A DNA stretch of 64,000 nucleotides from a bacterium (GCA_016125385.1 WGLV01000013.1:26006-90005), one strand, 5' to 3'. Shown: positions 20,462-31,127, counted from the first letter of the stretch. Numbers and translations are program-made. The notes: generated by a model from the sequence alone, not told the origin.

Positions 20462-21307
20462 TTAATGCAGCGCGTACCTGCGGTATTCCAGCGTTTTTTC
20501 AACGAATTGACAGGGCCTGTCGCCCAGATGGGGGTGCGTCGGCTCGGCGCCGGCCAGCCGGTCGATGTACGACATCCAGTCTCGTTGAGTGAGGCCCGCC
20601 AGCCAATCGTCCCAATGCTGGTGCGGAAGCGGAAAACAGGCGAACCCTCTATCGAGAGGCCGGGCGAGATACGCGCGAAAGATTTCACGCCCCTCCGCCA
20701 ACACGCCCATCTTCGCCGCGAACGGACAATCGAGCGTCACATCGAGCAGAGTGGTTTCAGGCCAGGGCAGACGGTCGCGGTTATGCAGAAACAGCCCGCC
20801 CGCGCTGTGCATTGTGGAGCGTTTGTATATATAGAGCCGTGCGCCGGGATAACGTTGAAAAAATTCGCGGATGACGCCCGAATTGAGCGCGGCTTCTTTC
20901 ACGCGGCAATCTTCTTCAAGCGTCAGAGTCACCGGTTCGGGCGCGGCGGCGGGATGAGAATGGATAAACAGCGTCAGCATGGGAAGAAACAGGCAGGGCG
21001 CCGCCAGCACGCCAGCCAGCGGCAGGGGAATCCATCCCTGCAGATGGGCGAGGCTGGTCACCGCCGCGAACAGCGAAACGCCCATCAGCGTGAGATCGAA
21101 CGACCTTGACGCGGGCCGCCGTGCGGCGCGCGCCGCGATCCGGTTCAGCCGGTTGACGCCCAGTCCGGCGATCGCCGTCAGCGAGATCAGCCCGGCGATC
21201 GACAGACAGACTGACAACAGCGCGTCACGGGCGCGGGGATCGGCCGCCGCCCCCTCATCAGGCAGGATGAACCCTCCGATCAATACCAGTAATCCGGCCC
21301 AAAGCAT
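20462..21307 (-). CDS. Hypothetical membrane protein (about 4 TM + unknown soluble domain)
   Basis: ATG 2 nt after the M16 peptidase stop; C-terminal domain resembles that of 54732-55715. Confidence 0.65.
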   Translation of the reverse strand: MLWAGLLVLIGGFILPDEGAAADPRARDALLSVCLSIAGLISLTAIAGLGVNRLNRIAARAARRPASRSFDLTLMGVSLFAAVTSLAHLQGWIPLPLAGVLAAPCLFLPMLTLFIHSHPAAAPEPVTLTLEEDCRVKEAALNSGVIREFFQRYPGARLYIYKRSTMHSAGGLFLHNRDRLPWPETTLLDVTLDCPFAAKMGVLAEGREIFRAYLARPLDRGFACFPLPHQHWDDWLAGLTQRDWMSYIDRLAGAEPTHPHLGDRPCQFVEKTLEYRRYALH

Positions 21308-21309
21308 GA

Positions 21310-22575
21310 TTACCCGCGTTTTGGCAACAGAGCGCCCCGGCACCGCCGCGAGGGCGTCAGATGCGCATCGTACGCCCGCTGGATCGACTCGATATCGACT
21401 TCATCGAGCCGCTCCAGATAATGAATGGCGTGTTCGATGTCGGCGGCGACCCGGCTGTAGCCGTAGGTATGCGCCATCGACGAGATTTTTTCGTTGGAAA
21501 ATGAAAAATCGGCGCGCTCCATGCTCTTCACTTTTTCCAGTTCATCGAGCGTGATTCCATCGCGCACACGGTCGAGCTCCTCCTGCATGACCTGCTCGAC
21601 CCGGTCGATCTTATCGGCGTCGGTCGCGGCTTCCATGATGAAAAGAGTCGCGTTTTTGAGGCCCCAGGCCGAACAGCTGACGCTGGAAGCGATGCCCAGT
21701 TCATCGATAAGCCGCCGGTGCAGCCGCGACGACCGCCCCTCGCCGAGCAGGGTGGATAGCAAGTCAAGCGAGTATTCATCCGGCGTGCCAAGCGTGCGGG
21801 GCGCGGGGTATCCGATGAGCAGGTAAGCCTGATTGACGTCACGCCGCAGTTCGACATTGACGGGCGCTTCGATCAGCGGCCACTCGGCCGTTTCATCTTC
21901 AAACGGTTCGCTTGTTTCTCCGCCCATAATTTCACCCAGCGCGTCTTCCACTTCAGCGAGTGAAAAGTCGCCCGCCAGCGATAACGTCGTGTTCCGGGGG
22001 TGATAGCGTTTGCGCTGGTAATCCTGAAACACGCCCTGGTCGATGGTTTGCAGCGAATCGACCGTTCCCAGCACCTTGCGCTGATAGCGGTTGTTGGCGA
22101 AAGCCGCCTCGATGAATTCGTCGTAAATCTTCGCCCAGGGATTATCTTCGTGCCGCTTGATCTCTTCGACGATCACGGCTCGCTCGCGCTCGATTTCTTC
22201 GGGATCAAACAGCGGATGGAGCAGTGAATCGGCCATCACCTCAAGCGCCGCCCGCCAGCCCGCGCTGGGCAACACCACGTAGTAATGAGTGTAATCGAGC
22301 GAGGTCGCCGCGTTGTTATAGCCGCCCAGCGAAGTGATGATGCGATCCATCACGCCCACGCCGTGCTTTTCGGTGCCTTTAAAGAACATGTGTTCGTAAA
22401 AATGAGAGAGACCGAAATGGGGCTCGGGATCGTGGATGGCGCCGGTGTGGATCCAGAAGTCGAGAGTGACGATGGGAGCGCTGCGGACTTCTTTGTGAAT
22501 CAGGGTAAAACCGCTGGGCAGTTGTTTTTCGGTATACGGCAGAAGCGGGTTTCCATTACGAACCGGTTTCGTCAT
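21310..22575 (-). CDS. M16 (pitrilysin/insulinase) zinc peptidase
   Basis: Inverted zinc motif HFYEH, NAATSLDYTHY, ERERAVIVEE, SSRL. Confidence 0.92.
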   Translation of the reverse strand: MTKPVRNGNPLLPYTEKQLPSGFTLIHKEVRSAPIVTLDFWIHTGAIHDPEPHFGLSHFYEHMFFKGTEKHGVGVMDRIITSLGGYNNAATSLDYTHYYVVLPSAGWRAALEVMADSLLHPLFDPEEIERERAVIVEEIKRHEDNPWAKIYDEFIEAAFANNRYQRKVLGTVDSLQTIDQGVFQDYQRKRYHPRNTTLSLAGDFSLAEVEDALGEIMGGETSEPFEDETAEWPLIEAPVNVELRRDVNQAYLLIGYPAPRTLGTPDEYSLDLLSTLLGEGRSSRLHRRLIDELGIASSVSCSAWGLKNATLFIMEAATDADKIDRVEQVMQEELDRVRDGITLDELEKVKSMERADFSFSNEKISSMAHTYGYSRVAADIEHAIHYLERLDEVDIESIQRAYDAHLTPSRRCRGALLPKRG

Positions 22576-22700
22576 TAGGGTAAACGGGTGTCCTGTTTCA
22601 GTTTTTTTTAGTACAAACGCCAGGGCTTTCAACCAGCCGCGCCGTCGTTCATCCAGTATATTTCATCGCGCCCGGTTCGAGTAGTCGCGAACCGAAGCGT

Positions 22701-24083
22701 TCAGCCCAGCACGTTCGCCATCGCGTCTTCAATCGCGTCGATGACGAAGTCGATCTCATCCGGCGTTGTGATCAGCGGCGGAATGAACACCAGCGTATTG
22801 CCCAATGGACGCAGCCACACGCCGCGTTCCCGCAACGCGAAACACACTTTCGCGCCCATTTTATCTTCAATGGGGTACGCCTCGGCGCGCGCGCGGCTTT
22901 TGACGAGGTCGATCCCCGCGATCAGCCCCAGATGGTGGATGTCGCCCACGCGATCGCTCTGGTCATACAACGCGTCGAGGCGCGCTTCGAGCCGGGCGGC
23001 GGCGGGTTTCATACGCTCAAGCGAACGGTCGCTTTCGAACAGATCGAGGCTGGCCAGCGCCGCCGCGCACGCCAGCTGGTTGCCGGTGTAGGAATGCCCG
23101 TGGAAAAACGCGCGAAATTCGTGGTATCCACCCAGAAAGGCGTCGTAGATCTTCTGAATCGCCAGCGTGGCCGCCAGCGGCAGGTAGCCGCCGCTGATGC
23201 CCTTGGCCAGCGTCATCAGATCGGGCGTGATTCCTTCCAGTTCACAGGCGAACATCGATCCGGTGCGGCCGAAGCCGGTGAAGACTTCATCACAGATCAA
23301 CAGGATTTCATATTCATCGCACAGGCGGCGCAGGTCTTTCAGAAAGCCCGGCGCCTGGGTGCGGATGCCCGAAGCGCCCTGCACCACCGGCTCGATGATG
23401 ACCGCCGCGCACTCGCCCGCGCGCCGTTTCAGTTCCGCCTCCACCGCCTCCAGCGATCGCGACGCGACGGCGGCGGGGCCTTCAGGGTTGGCGTATTTTG
23501 AATACACCGGGTACGGTACGGCATGCGTCTCGAACAGCAGCGGTTTGAATAATCCGTGAAACAGGCCGATGCCGCCCACGCTGACGCTGCCCAGCGTGTC
23601 GCCGTGGTACGATTCTTTAAACGTGATGAACGAACAGCGCTTCATATCGGGCGATTGCTTTTGCCGCCAGTACTGAAACGCCATTTTGAGCGCCACCTCC
23701 ACCGCCGTGGAGCCGTTGTCTGAATAAAACACTTTGCTCAAACCGTCCGGCGCGAGATCGATCAGCCGTCTGGCCAGTTCCGACGCGGGGACGTTGGCGG
23801 GCCCCAGCATCGTCGAGTGAGCGAGACGCGAGGCCTGATGCTCTATGGCTTGGTTGATTTCGGGCCGCGCGTGGCCATGAAGATTAACCCATAGCGACGA
23901 GTTTCCGTCGAAATAACGCTTCCCGTGAATGTCGTACAGATACGCGCCCTCACCGCGCGCGAACATGAGGGTGGGTTCTTCCACATAGTCGCGCATCTGG
24001 GTGAACGGATGCCACACGTATTGCTTGTCCCAGGCTTCAAGCTCAGCGGGATTTTTAATGAAATCTACAGAATTTTCGGCCAT
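22701..24083 (-). CDS. bioA: 7,8-diaminononanoate (DAPA) aminotransferase
   Basis: WHPFTQM, SDNGSTAVEVALKMA, YHGDT, DEVFTGFGRTG, AKG (PLP Lys), HGHSYTGN; adjacent to bioD. Confidence 0.95.
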   Translation of the reverse strand: MAENSVDFIKNPAELEAWDKQYVWHPFTQMRDYVEEPTLMFARGEGAYLYDIHGKRYFDGNSSLWVNLHGHARPEINQAIEHQASRLAHSTMLGPANVPASELARRLIDLAPDGLSKVFYSDNGSTAVEVALKMAFQYWRQKQSPDMKRCSFITFKESYHGDTLGSVSVGGIGLFHGLFKPLLFETHAVPYPVYSKYANPEGPAAVASRSLEAVEAELKRRAGECAAVIIEPVVQGASGIRTQAPGFLKDLRRLCDEYEILLICDEVFTGFGRTGSMFACELEGITPDLMTLAKGISGGYLPLAATLAIQKIYDAFLGGYHEFRAFFHGHSYTGNQLACAAALASLDLFESDRSLERMKPAAARLEARLDALYDQSDRVGDIHHLGLIAGIDLVKSRARAEAYPIEDKMGAKVCFALRERGVWLRPLGNTLVFIPPLITTPDEIDFVIDAIEDAMANVLG

Positions 24084-24772
24084 TCAATCCGTCCTTCAAT
24101 CTGGTCCCACAGATCGCCGCGGCGGGCGCGCTCAAACAGCGCGGGTTCGAGATACGGAATCGTCCCCAGACGATCCACTCCGCCCAGCCGGACGATGGTT
24201 TCCATGTTATCGTTCAGAATATCCGCGTCGCCGCCCGGTTGGGGATGGGTAAAGATCACCCCCGCCAGCGCGCAACCGCGCGCGCGGATCGACTCGATGG
24301 TCAACAGTGTATGGTTGATCGCGCCGAGTTGATTGGCGGCGGCCAGTATCACCGGCCATTTCAGATCACGAGCCAGATCGGCGGCGAGATAATTCCGGTT
24401 GATGGGGACCAGCCATCCGCCGATCCCTTCCGCCAGAACGCATTCATAACGCCGCGTAAACGAACGGATATGCGCGAAAATCGCGTCAGGATCGATCGAT
24501 GCGCCTTCCAGTTCGGCGGCCAGGTGCGGTGAAGCGGGGCGCTGAAACGTCACCGCCGAAAGCGCGCCCGGTTTCAGGCCGGTATCACACAACCGCAGGT
24601 AAAACAGCGCGTCTTCTGAAACCCGCTCACCATCATGCCATATCGCGCCGCTCGCCACCGGCTTGATCGGGACGCACTCCACGCCCAGACGCCGCATTCC
24701 AAACGCGAGCAACGCGGTGACGACGGTCTTGCCCACTTCCGTCCCCGTCCCGGTAATGAAGTAATGATTCAT
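24065..24772 (-). CDS. bioD: Dethiobiotin synthase
   Basis: FITGTGTEVGKT, KPVASG, SPHLAA, EGIGG, LGAINHTLLT. Confidence 0.96.
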   Translation of the reverse strand: MNHYFITGTGTEVGKTVVTALLAFGMRRLGVECVPIKPVASGAIWHDGERVSEDALFYLRLCDTGLKPGALSAVTFQRPASPHLAAELEGASIDPDAIFAHIRSFTRRYECVLAEGIGGWLVPINRNYLAADLARDLKWPVILAAANQLGAINHTLLTIESIRARGCALAGVIFTHPQPGGDADILNDNMETIVRLGGVDRLGTIPYLEPALFERARRGDLWDQIEGRIEWPKIL

Positions 24773-24947
24773 GAACGCCTCTTGCGGTTCCGAATACCTC
24801 TAACGCAATGGTTGCTGGTACACGGTACCGCGACGGAGCCAGGTTTCAAACCCGCACTTTCAGCCCGCAACGCCGCTTTTTCGAAAAGGCCAGACGCCCT
24901 CCGTTGCAGCAACCACCGGTATCGCCCGGTTGATCCAATCCCTGAAA

Positions 24948-26075
24948 CTAGCCACGCCCGCTGGCCGCTGCGTCTCGGATGGCGAAGGCGGGGACGCGTT
25001 CCTGAAACAGTTTCCAGCCTTCTTTGGGGCGGCCCCGATCGTCGAACAGCCCCAATGTTTCAAGAAACGAGGCGAACCGCTTAACGTTGGGGATGCGGTA
25101 GTATTCTTCAAATTGTTTGATCAGCGAATCGGGAAAATCGGACATCAGAAAAAAATTCACGCCGATGAACCGATCTGGATTCAGCGCGGTCAGGTTTAAC
25201 ACATGCGCGATAAAACTCGCCTGGTTGCGCTCGGATGAGCGGTTCAACTCTGACGAGCTGTAGCCCGCTTCCTGCAGAAGAATTTTTTTTGATCCCGCGA
25301 ACTGGAACATGCGCTTGAAGTCACCTTCAACGCAACCGGGCGGGCGAAAGGTAAAATCTCCCCGCATGGGATAATAGGTCATCGCGATAAATTCGCTCTG
25401 GTCCACAAAATCCGTCATCGACCGTTCGACGAATTCCAGCCCGCCAAACGTGATGGTTGCGCTGACCTGAATATCGGGCCGGATCGTCTGGATCCGCTCC
25501 CGGGCCTGCGCGACGATTTGCGTAAACCGGCCCGTGTCGCCGGGATGTTCCTTGAGATACGAATCGACCTCATTACCGATCATGATGTATTTAACGCTGG
25601 CGCCGCAATGGGGCAACATGGCGTCGATCAGGCTCATCATGCGCGTTTCCAGCGTGGCGTCGTTGATGGCCACCCCCGCCATGCCGGATGGAACCAGCAA
25701 GTTATTGGTATCGACCCAGCGCAGGTTGTACGCAACGGGCATATCCCGTTCGTCGCCGATCCGGCTCCAGACGTCGAGGTCATGAAAGCGATATTCGCCG
25801 GGCGCGGGTTCCATATCAGGCCAGGTCGCGTTTTTGTCGCCGAGTATGGAGATGCCCGCCTCGTATGCCATTTCAAACTTTGCCAGCCGGTTTTCATCGG
25901 TTATCGCTTCATTGGCGAACGGATTGACGTTGAGACCAATACGGACAGGCGAAGCAGGCTCGATCGGTTCAGGAATCGGCGCGGCGTATTTGGCGTGTTT
26001 GTACCACGGCGACAACACGTAACCGATCGCCAGCAGAAAAGCGATCGCGAAGATCATCCGCGCACGTTTCATCAT
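24948..26075 (-). CDS. Putative clan GH-A TIM-barrel glycoside hydrolase, N-terminally anchored/secreted
   Basis: GNEVD (acid/base) and LLQEAGY (nucleophile) motifs; C-terminal LGLFDDRGRPK. Confidence 0.65.
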   Translation of the reverse strand: MMKRARMIFAIAFLLAIGYVLSPWYKHAKYAAPIPEPIEPASPVRIGLNVNPFANEAITDENRLAKFEMAYEAGISILGDKNATWPDMEPAPGEYRFHDLDVWSRIGDERDMPVAYNLRWVDTNNLLVPSGMAGVAINDATLETRMMSLIDAMLPHCGASVKYIMIGNEVDSYLKEHPGDTGRFTQIVAQARERIQTIRPDIQVSATITFGGLEFVERSMTDFVDQSEFIAMTYYPMRGDFTFRPPGCVEGDFKRMFQFAGSKKILLQEAGYSSSELNRSSERNQASFIAHVLNLTALNPDRFIGVNFFLMSDFPDSLIKQFEEYYRIPNVKRFASFLETLGLFDDRGRPKEGWKLFQERVPAFAIRDAAASGRG

Positions 26076-26145
26076 GGTTCCATTCTCCCTGAGACGTTGA
26101 CTTCTTTATATACAGCATACGACGCGCATCGTTGAGTCATTCCAC

Positions 26146-26180
26146 AAAAAAAGAGGGCGTGGAATTTTCCACGCCCTCTT
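26146..26180 (-). terminator. Rho-independent terminator of the MFS gene
   Basis: AAGAGGGCGTGGAA/TTCCACGCCCTCTT stem with a U-tract on the minus strand. Confidence 0.8.
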
Positions 26181-26206
26181 GAGTCTTACACAACCAGTAA
26201 AGCGGC

Positions 26207-27394
26207 TTACGCGCCCAGTGGAGCGGGAAGCGCAAAGCCCATGATGACGCCCATCACTACCAGAATCACCGCCACCGCGCCGGCGACGACCATACTGTCT
26301 TTGATCGTTTTGCCTTCGCCGGTCGCCAGCGAACCCATCCACGCGGGCACGAAGATCGCGCCCAACAGGCCCACGGCGAAGATGATGCTGAAGCCGGTGC
26401 CCGCCACGGCGCCTTCGACGCGCGCGAACATCAAACCGGCGATGGTGGGGAACATCGGCGCGAACAGCAGGCCGATCAGAATAATGAACAGCGTCGCCGT
26501 GCCTTCGCTTTTAACGGTTTTCAGCCCGAACAGCAATACCGCCGCGACCACCGCAAGCCCCGCGACGAACCACGGGCCCTGGGCGCCCGACAGGGCGAGG
26601 TATTGACCGATTACCAGCGCCGCGAAAAGACGGCCAACCATGATCGCGACCGAGAAGAACGAAAGAACGGTTGAGGCCTTGGTCTCTGTGGCGCCGACCT
26701 TGGTCATGTAGGTGGTGATCCAGCCCGCCATCGACACTTCAAGCGCGATGTAGCACATCAGCGCCAGCGCGCAGAGAATGATGGTGGGGTTGGCGATCAG
26801 GCTGGTTACCGCCGCCGCGCTGAAGTTGCCGCCCGACTCGGGAAACGCGCCGGTCAACGCGAAATACAGCGGGATCAACAGAATCACCGCCAATACGGTG
26901 AGCGTTCCGCTGAAGCTCATCTTCTTGAAGAAAAACGCCGTCAGAATCGGCGCGCAAAACGCGCCCACGCCAAAGAACACGTTGCCCAGGTTGCCTGAAC
27001 GGCCGGGGTCGGCGTAAATAATCGCGGGGTTGCCGAGAAGAACGTTACCCGCCGTGTTCATGAACATGCTGCCCACGCCAAGAAACAGGCACGCCATGAT
27101 GGCGAAACTGTACGTCTTGGAGAGGCCCATGACGAACATGGCCGCCGCGCCCGCGGCAAAACCGCCCACCGCGACAGCCTTGTAGCCGAACTGGTCGCAC
27201 ACGATGCCGGCCACGAGAACGAAGATCAGGTTGCTGAAGTTGTAAACCGAGAAGAGTTTGCCCATCTGAGCGTCATTGATGCCCAGCTCCTGCGTCAATC
27301 GCAACTTGACGCTGCCGAGCAAAAACATCGACAGACCCAAGCCGAAGACGCTGGTTACGGCGACGATATCCGCGAACAGCATGCTGTTTTCCAT
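26207..27394 (-). CDS. MFS transporter (sugar/FucP-TsgA-like)
   Basis: 12 TM helices, GIVCDQFGYK motif A, YIALEVSMAGW, APMFPT. Confidence 0.88.
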   Translation of the reverse strand: MENSMLFADIVAVTSVFGLGLSMFLLGSVKLRLTQELGINDAQMGKLFSVYNFSNLIFVLVAGIVCDQFGYKAVAVGGFAAGAAAMFVMGLSKTYSFAIMACLFLGVGSMFMNTAGNVLLGNPAIIYADPGRSGNLGNVFFGVGAFCAPILTAFFFKKMSFSGTLTVLAVILLIPLYFALTGAFPESGGNFSAAAVTSLIANPTIILCALALMCYIALEVSMAGWITTYMTKVGATETKASTVLSFFSVAIMVGRLFAALVIGQYLALSGAQGPWFVAGLAVVAAVLLFGLKTVKSEGTATLFIILIGLLFAPMFPTIAGLMFARVEGAVAGTGFSIIFAVGLLGAIFVPAWMGSLATGEGKTIKDSMVVAGAVAVILVVMGVIMGFALPAPLGA

Positions 27395-27674
27395 CTGCGA
27401 AATCCTCCCTTTTAGGTACGGTAGACTACCGAATGTTCGTTAAGCGGAACGAAATCGCTCCGCCGGATGCCTTACACGAGATGAGTGAAAACCCGTATCA
27501 CCCCGATTGATCTGAATACAAATAAAAATCTGCGGGAGACCTACTGAAACCTTCCCGCGAGATGCGCGATTATCTCATGCCGCCCGTTCAGGATCAACGT
27601 CCTGAGCGTTCAAATTCGTTACATTTTTGTCGAGATCAATCGATAGGGTTCCAGCCCCCGATAGGAACATTTCG

Positions 27675-28913
27675 TCAATCCGAATCGTGTTCCCAGATAT
27701 CCTTGATCGCCCCTTCCTGATTGAAACCGCCGGGAACCTCCGCGCTGGGCCGGTTGGCCCAATACCAGCGTTTGCCGTCGGCGGGGCTGGCCAGCGTACG
27801 GCTGGCGGGCATCTGCAGATAACCATTGGGATCGGCGCGGCGCACCCAGTTCCAGGCGTAATACAGCCACAGATCCCGGTAGTGTTCATTCTGATGGGCG
27901 AACCAGCTGATTTCGTCGTATCCCCAACACCAGTAGTCGTTTCGATCTTCCCCTTCAAAGTTGCTGCGGCCCCAGTTATCGAGTTCGGCCAGGTAGGGCA
28001 ACGACTCGCATTTCCAGCCGCTGGGCGTCATCCCACCCTTGCTGCGGCCATAAATGCTGTCGATAAAGCCCTCTCGTAACACGCCTTCCAGAGGTTTATC
28101 CGGAACGGCCTTAATGCGCAGCGGAAAAGAGTGAAAATCGAACAGCAGCCTTCCATCCGCCAGAACGATCCCCCCGCTGGGGACATGAGCGTCGCAGAGG
28201 ACGAGATGCCGGCGGGCGTGCTCTCTGGCGTACTGGCGAACGCGAGTCATCATGTCCAGCCAGTTTTCATGTTCGGGGTCGCGATCGTCCATGATCTCGA
28301 CCTGGCCAAAGTGGATCGCCTCAACGCCGATTTCGATATACCGGGCGGAGAGATAAGTAAACCACATCCGGGTTTCCAGCTGACTCATATCAGGCACGGA
28401 CTGGCCCTCGCGCCACTGGTTCACGCGACGACCGTCGGGATAGAGCATGGCTTCGTAATTGAAATGGCGTGATTCCGGCGTCTGATCAAACGCCTCGAAC
28501 ACCCAGGCGGGAACCGGGATGCCGTTTACCTCAGTAGTAACGATCTCGAATACCGCCGCCTGCAGAATCACATCCGGGTCGGCTTGATGCACTTTTTCGG
28601 CGGTCGCTTTTCCATTCGCGATGATCGATTCAATACGCGATTCCCCGCCCCACATAAAGATCGAGCGTCCCGCGAATTTCATCCCGGTTTCCGTGATCAT
28701 GCGGATGTTGTCATCCACGTTTCCACCCAGCCGGGTTTCGGTGTTGACGGGATCAAGCAGGTCTGAAAACGTCATCGCCCGGGAAAGATAGTTGCACAAT
28801 ACGTCGCGTGAGATCGTCCCGTCGAAGGCGTAATCGCGTTCAGCAGCGCATACGGATAGGGGGAGCGACGCGAACAATAGAAACACGATGGTAAAACAGC
28901 GATGGGATTGCAT
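27675..28913 (-). CDS. Secreted hypothetical protein, Trp/Asp-rich (possible carbohydrate-active enzyme)
   Basis: RBS GGAGGG before ATG at 28913; signal peptide; motifs EAIHFGQVE, ELDNWG, WGYDEISWF. Confidence 0.75.
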   Translation of the reverse strand: MQSHRCFTIVFLLFASLPLSVCAAERDYAFDGTISRDVLCNYLSRAMTFSDLLDPVNTETRLGGNVDDNIRMITETGMKFAGRSIFMWGGESRIESIIANGKATAEKVHQADPDVILQAAVFEIVTTEVNGIPVPAWVFEAFDQTPESRHFNYEAMLYPDGRRVNQWREGQSVPDMSQLETRMWFTYLSARYIEIGVEAIHFGQVEIMDDRDPEHENWLDMMTRVRQYAREHARRHLVLCDAHVPSGGIVLADGRLLFDFHSFPLRIKAVPDKPLEGVLREGFIDSIYGRSKGGMTPSGWKCESLPYLAELDNWGRSNFEGEDRNDYWCWGYDEISWFAHQNEHYRDLWLYYAWNWVRRADPNGYLQMPASRTLASPADGKRWYWANRPSAEVPGGFNQEGAIKDIWEHDSD

Positions 28914-29067
28914 GAAATCTCCCTCCAGACGGAATAACTCACGGCATCGATTGATGGAAAAAAACCGCCGTGATTCGATTCGCAATGCTACCAGACGAGA
29001 ATTCACACTGAAAGCGGAGGGCGCTCATGCGCTCTCCGCTCATCTTTCGAAGCATGGGGTATCAGGA

Positions 29068-29802
29068 TCAGACGTTGTTGGCGCCGGTTTTTTCAATCAG
29101 ACAAGCGGCTTCGTGGAGGGAAAAACGGGTCTCGCCGCAATCGGCCCACCAACCATCGAGAATATCGTAGGTCATCGTTCCTTCGCGCAGGTAGGCGTTG
29201 TTTACATCGGTTATCTCGAGCTCGCCGCGCGCCGAGACTTCAAGTTTGTCGATAATATCGAACACGCGCGAGTCATACATATACACGCCGATGACGGCGT
29301 AGCGCGAAGGTGGGTTCTTAGGTTTTTCGATGATTTCGGCGATGCGGTTTTTGGCGTCGAACCGCGGGACGCCGTAACTCTCGGGATGGTCGACTTCTTT
29401 CAGAATGATTCGCGCACCCTTTTGTTGTTCGCGGAACTTTTCGACGAAGGAAACGATGTTCTTCTCGATAATGTTGTCGCCTAACATGACGGCGACGCTG
29501 TCGCCCGCGACGAAGTCGCGCGTCAGCGCCAGCGCTTCGGCGATGCCGCCTTCACGCGCCTGATAGGCGTAATGCAGGCGCTTGAGGCCAAAATCCTTCC
29601 CATCGCCCAGCAACGGCAGAAAATCGCCCGCATGTTTACCACCCGTAATGATCATGATCTCTTCGATTCCCGCCTGAGCGAGGGTTTCGATGGGGTAAAA
29701 GATCATCGGCCGGTCATAGACCGGCAGCAGGTGTTTGTTGGTGACGCGGGTCATGGGCAACAGACGAGTTCCCAGTCCCCCGGCGGTGATGACGCCTTTC
29801 AT
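29068..29802 (-). CDS. rfbA: Glucose-1-phosphate thymidylyltransferase (short SpsI-like form)
   Basis: AGGLGTRLLPMT..NKHLLPVYDRPMI, LGDN, EKP, SARGELEITD; coupled to rfbB. Confidence 0.85.
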   Translation of the reverse strand: MKGVITAGGLGTRLLPMTRVTNKHLLPVYDRPMIFYPIETLAQAGIEEIMIITGGKHAGDFLPLLGDGKDFGLKRLHYAYQAREGGIAEALALTRDFVAGDSVAVMLGDNIIEKNIVSFVEKFREQQKGARIILKEVDHPESYGVPRFDAKNRIAEIIEKPKNPPSRYAVIGVYMYDSRVFDIIDKLEVSARGELEITDVNNAYLREGTMTYDILDGWWADCGETRFSLHEAACLIEKTGANNV

Positions 29803-30830
29803 GCCGTTTTTTTCGCTTTCGCCAGACGATCGCCGTATTGTTTTTTATAATAGGCCTGAAAATCGCCTTCTTTGAGTTTTTTCCACCAGTCTTTGTTCTT
29901 TTTATACCAGTTTACCGTACGAACAAGACCGGCATCCAGATCGACCTCCGGTTTCCAGCCCAGCGCGCGCAACTTGGAATCATCAAGCGCGTACCGAAAA
30001 TCGTGGCCGGGCCGATCGTCGACGAACGCGATCAGGTCTTCGGGCTTTTTCAGGCACTCCAGAATCTTTTTGACAACCATCAGGTTGGTCATGTCGCCCT
30101 GACCGCCGATGTTATAAATCTCGCCGGGTTCACCCGCGCTCAAGACCAGATCGATGGCGCGGCAACTGTCTTCGACGTACAGCCATTCACGCATCTGGGA
30201 GCCGTCGCCGTAGATGGGCAGCGGTTCGTTTTCCAGCGCGTTGGTGACGCAGAGCGGGATCAGTTTTTCGGGATGCTGGTACGGACCGTAATTGTTCGCC
30301 ATACGCACGATCACCACCGGCGACTTGTAGGTCGAGTAATAAGCCCGGCACAGAAGGTCGCCGCCTCCCTTGCCCGCCGAATAGGGCGACGAGGGATTGA
30401 GAGGCGATGTCTCGGTCATGGGGCCTTCAAGCGCGGGGCCGTACACCTCGTCGGTGCTGATCTGCACGTATTTCTTCACGCCGAACTGGCGCGAGGCCTC
30501 AAGCAGGCTGAACACGCCGAAAACGTCCGTGCGCAAAAAATCGTCCGGCTTTGAGATCGAACGGTCGACATGGGTCTCGGCGGCGAAGTTGACGATGGCG
30601 TCGATGGGTTTGCGCGAAATCAGGTCCATCAGCAGTTGGCGGTCGCCGATGTCGCCGTGAAAAAAGGTATACCGGGGATCGCTCTGTACGGTTTTAAGGT
30701 TATCGAGGTTGCCCGCGTACGTCAGTTTATCGAGATTGATAACTTCGAGGTCTTCATGCGCGGTCAGACAGTGTTGAATAAAGTTAGAGCCGATAAAGCC
30801 CGCGCCGCCCGTGACTAAAATGCGTTTCAT
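29799..30830 (-). CDS. rfbB: dTDP-glucose 4,6-dehydratase
   Basis: GGAGFIGSNF, AAETHVDRSI, STDEVYG, YSAGK, DRPGHDFRY. Confidence 0.95.
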   Translation of the reverse strand: MKRILVTGGAGFIGSNFIQHCLTAHEDLEVINLDKLTYAGNLDNLKTVQSDPRYTFFHGDIGDRQLLMDLISRKPIDAIVNFAAETHVDRSISKPDDFLRTDVFGVFSLLEASRQFGVKKYVQISTDEVYGPALEGPMTETSPLNPSSPYSAGKGGGDLLCRAYYSTYKSPVVIVRMANNYGPYQHPEKLIPLCVTNALENEPLPIYGDGSQMREWLYVEDSCRAIDLVLSAGEPGEIYNIGGQGDMTNLMVVKKILECLKKPEDLIAFVDDRPGHDFRYALDDSKLRALGWKPEVDLDAGLVRTVNWYKKNKDWWKKLKEGDFQAYYKKQYGDRLAKAKKTA

Positions 30831-30975
30831 AATGGTTCAAACCCCTCCAACCGGCGCGGCTTCGTTTTCCGCCGCGCCACGTGTCATCCCATTCATCATC
30901 ATTTCAGAAAAACAGATCCGCATCAACAAAATATGGTCTCGTTCAACGCCGTGAAATGCAATACCCCCCAGACAA

Positions 30976-31002
30976 GGGAAAAGGCCGCCACGAGGGCGGC
31001 CT
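30976..31002 (-). terminator. Putative terminator hairpin between maf and rfbB
   Basis: AGGCCGCC-N5-GGCGGCCT followed by TTTCCC on the minus strand. Confidence 0.5.
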
Positions 31003-31127
31003 CACGTAGAACGAAAAAATATATAGAAATTATGCCGGTTCCAAGCATTATTGTAATCAAAACTCGATGACTGTCCAGCAAAAAAAATAAACCGCCCGGC
31101 CTGGTATATCCCTTCCGCCGCCGCCGA

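Noticed and set aside
29068..30830. rfbB-rfbA without rfbC/rfbD as a novel pathway
   Set aside because: Split rml loci are common, and the other genes may lie outside the window.
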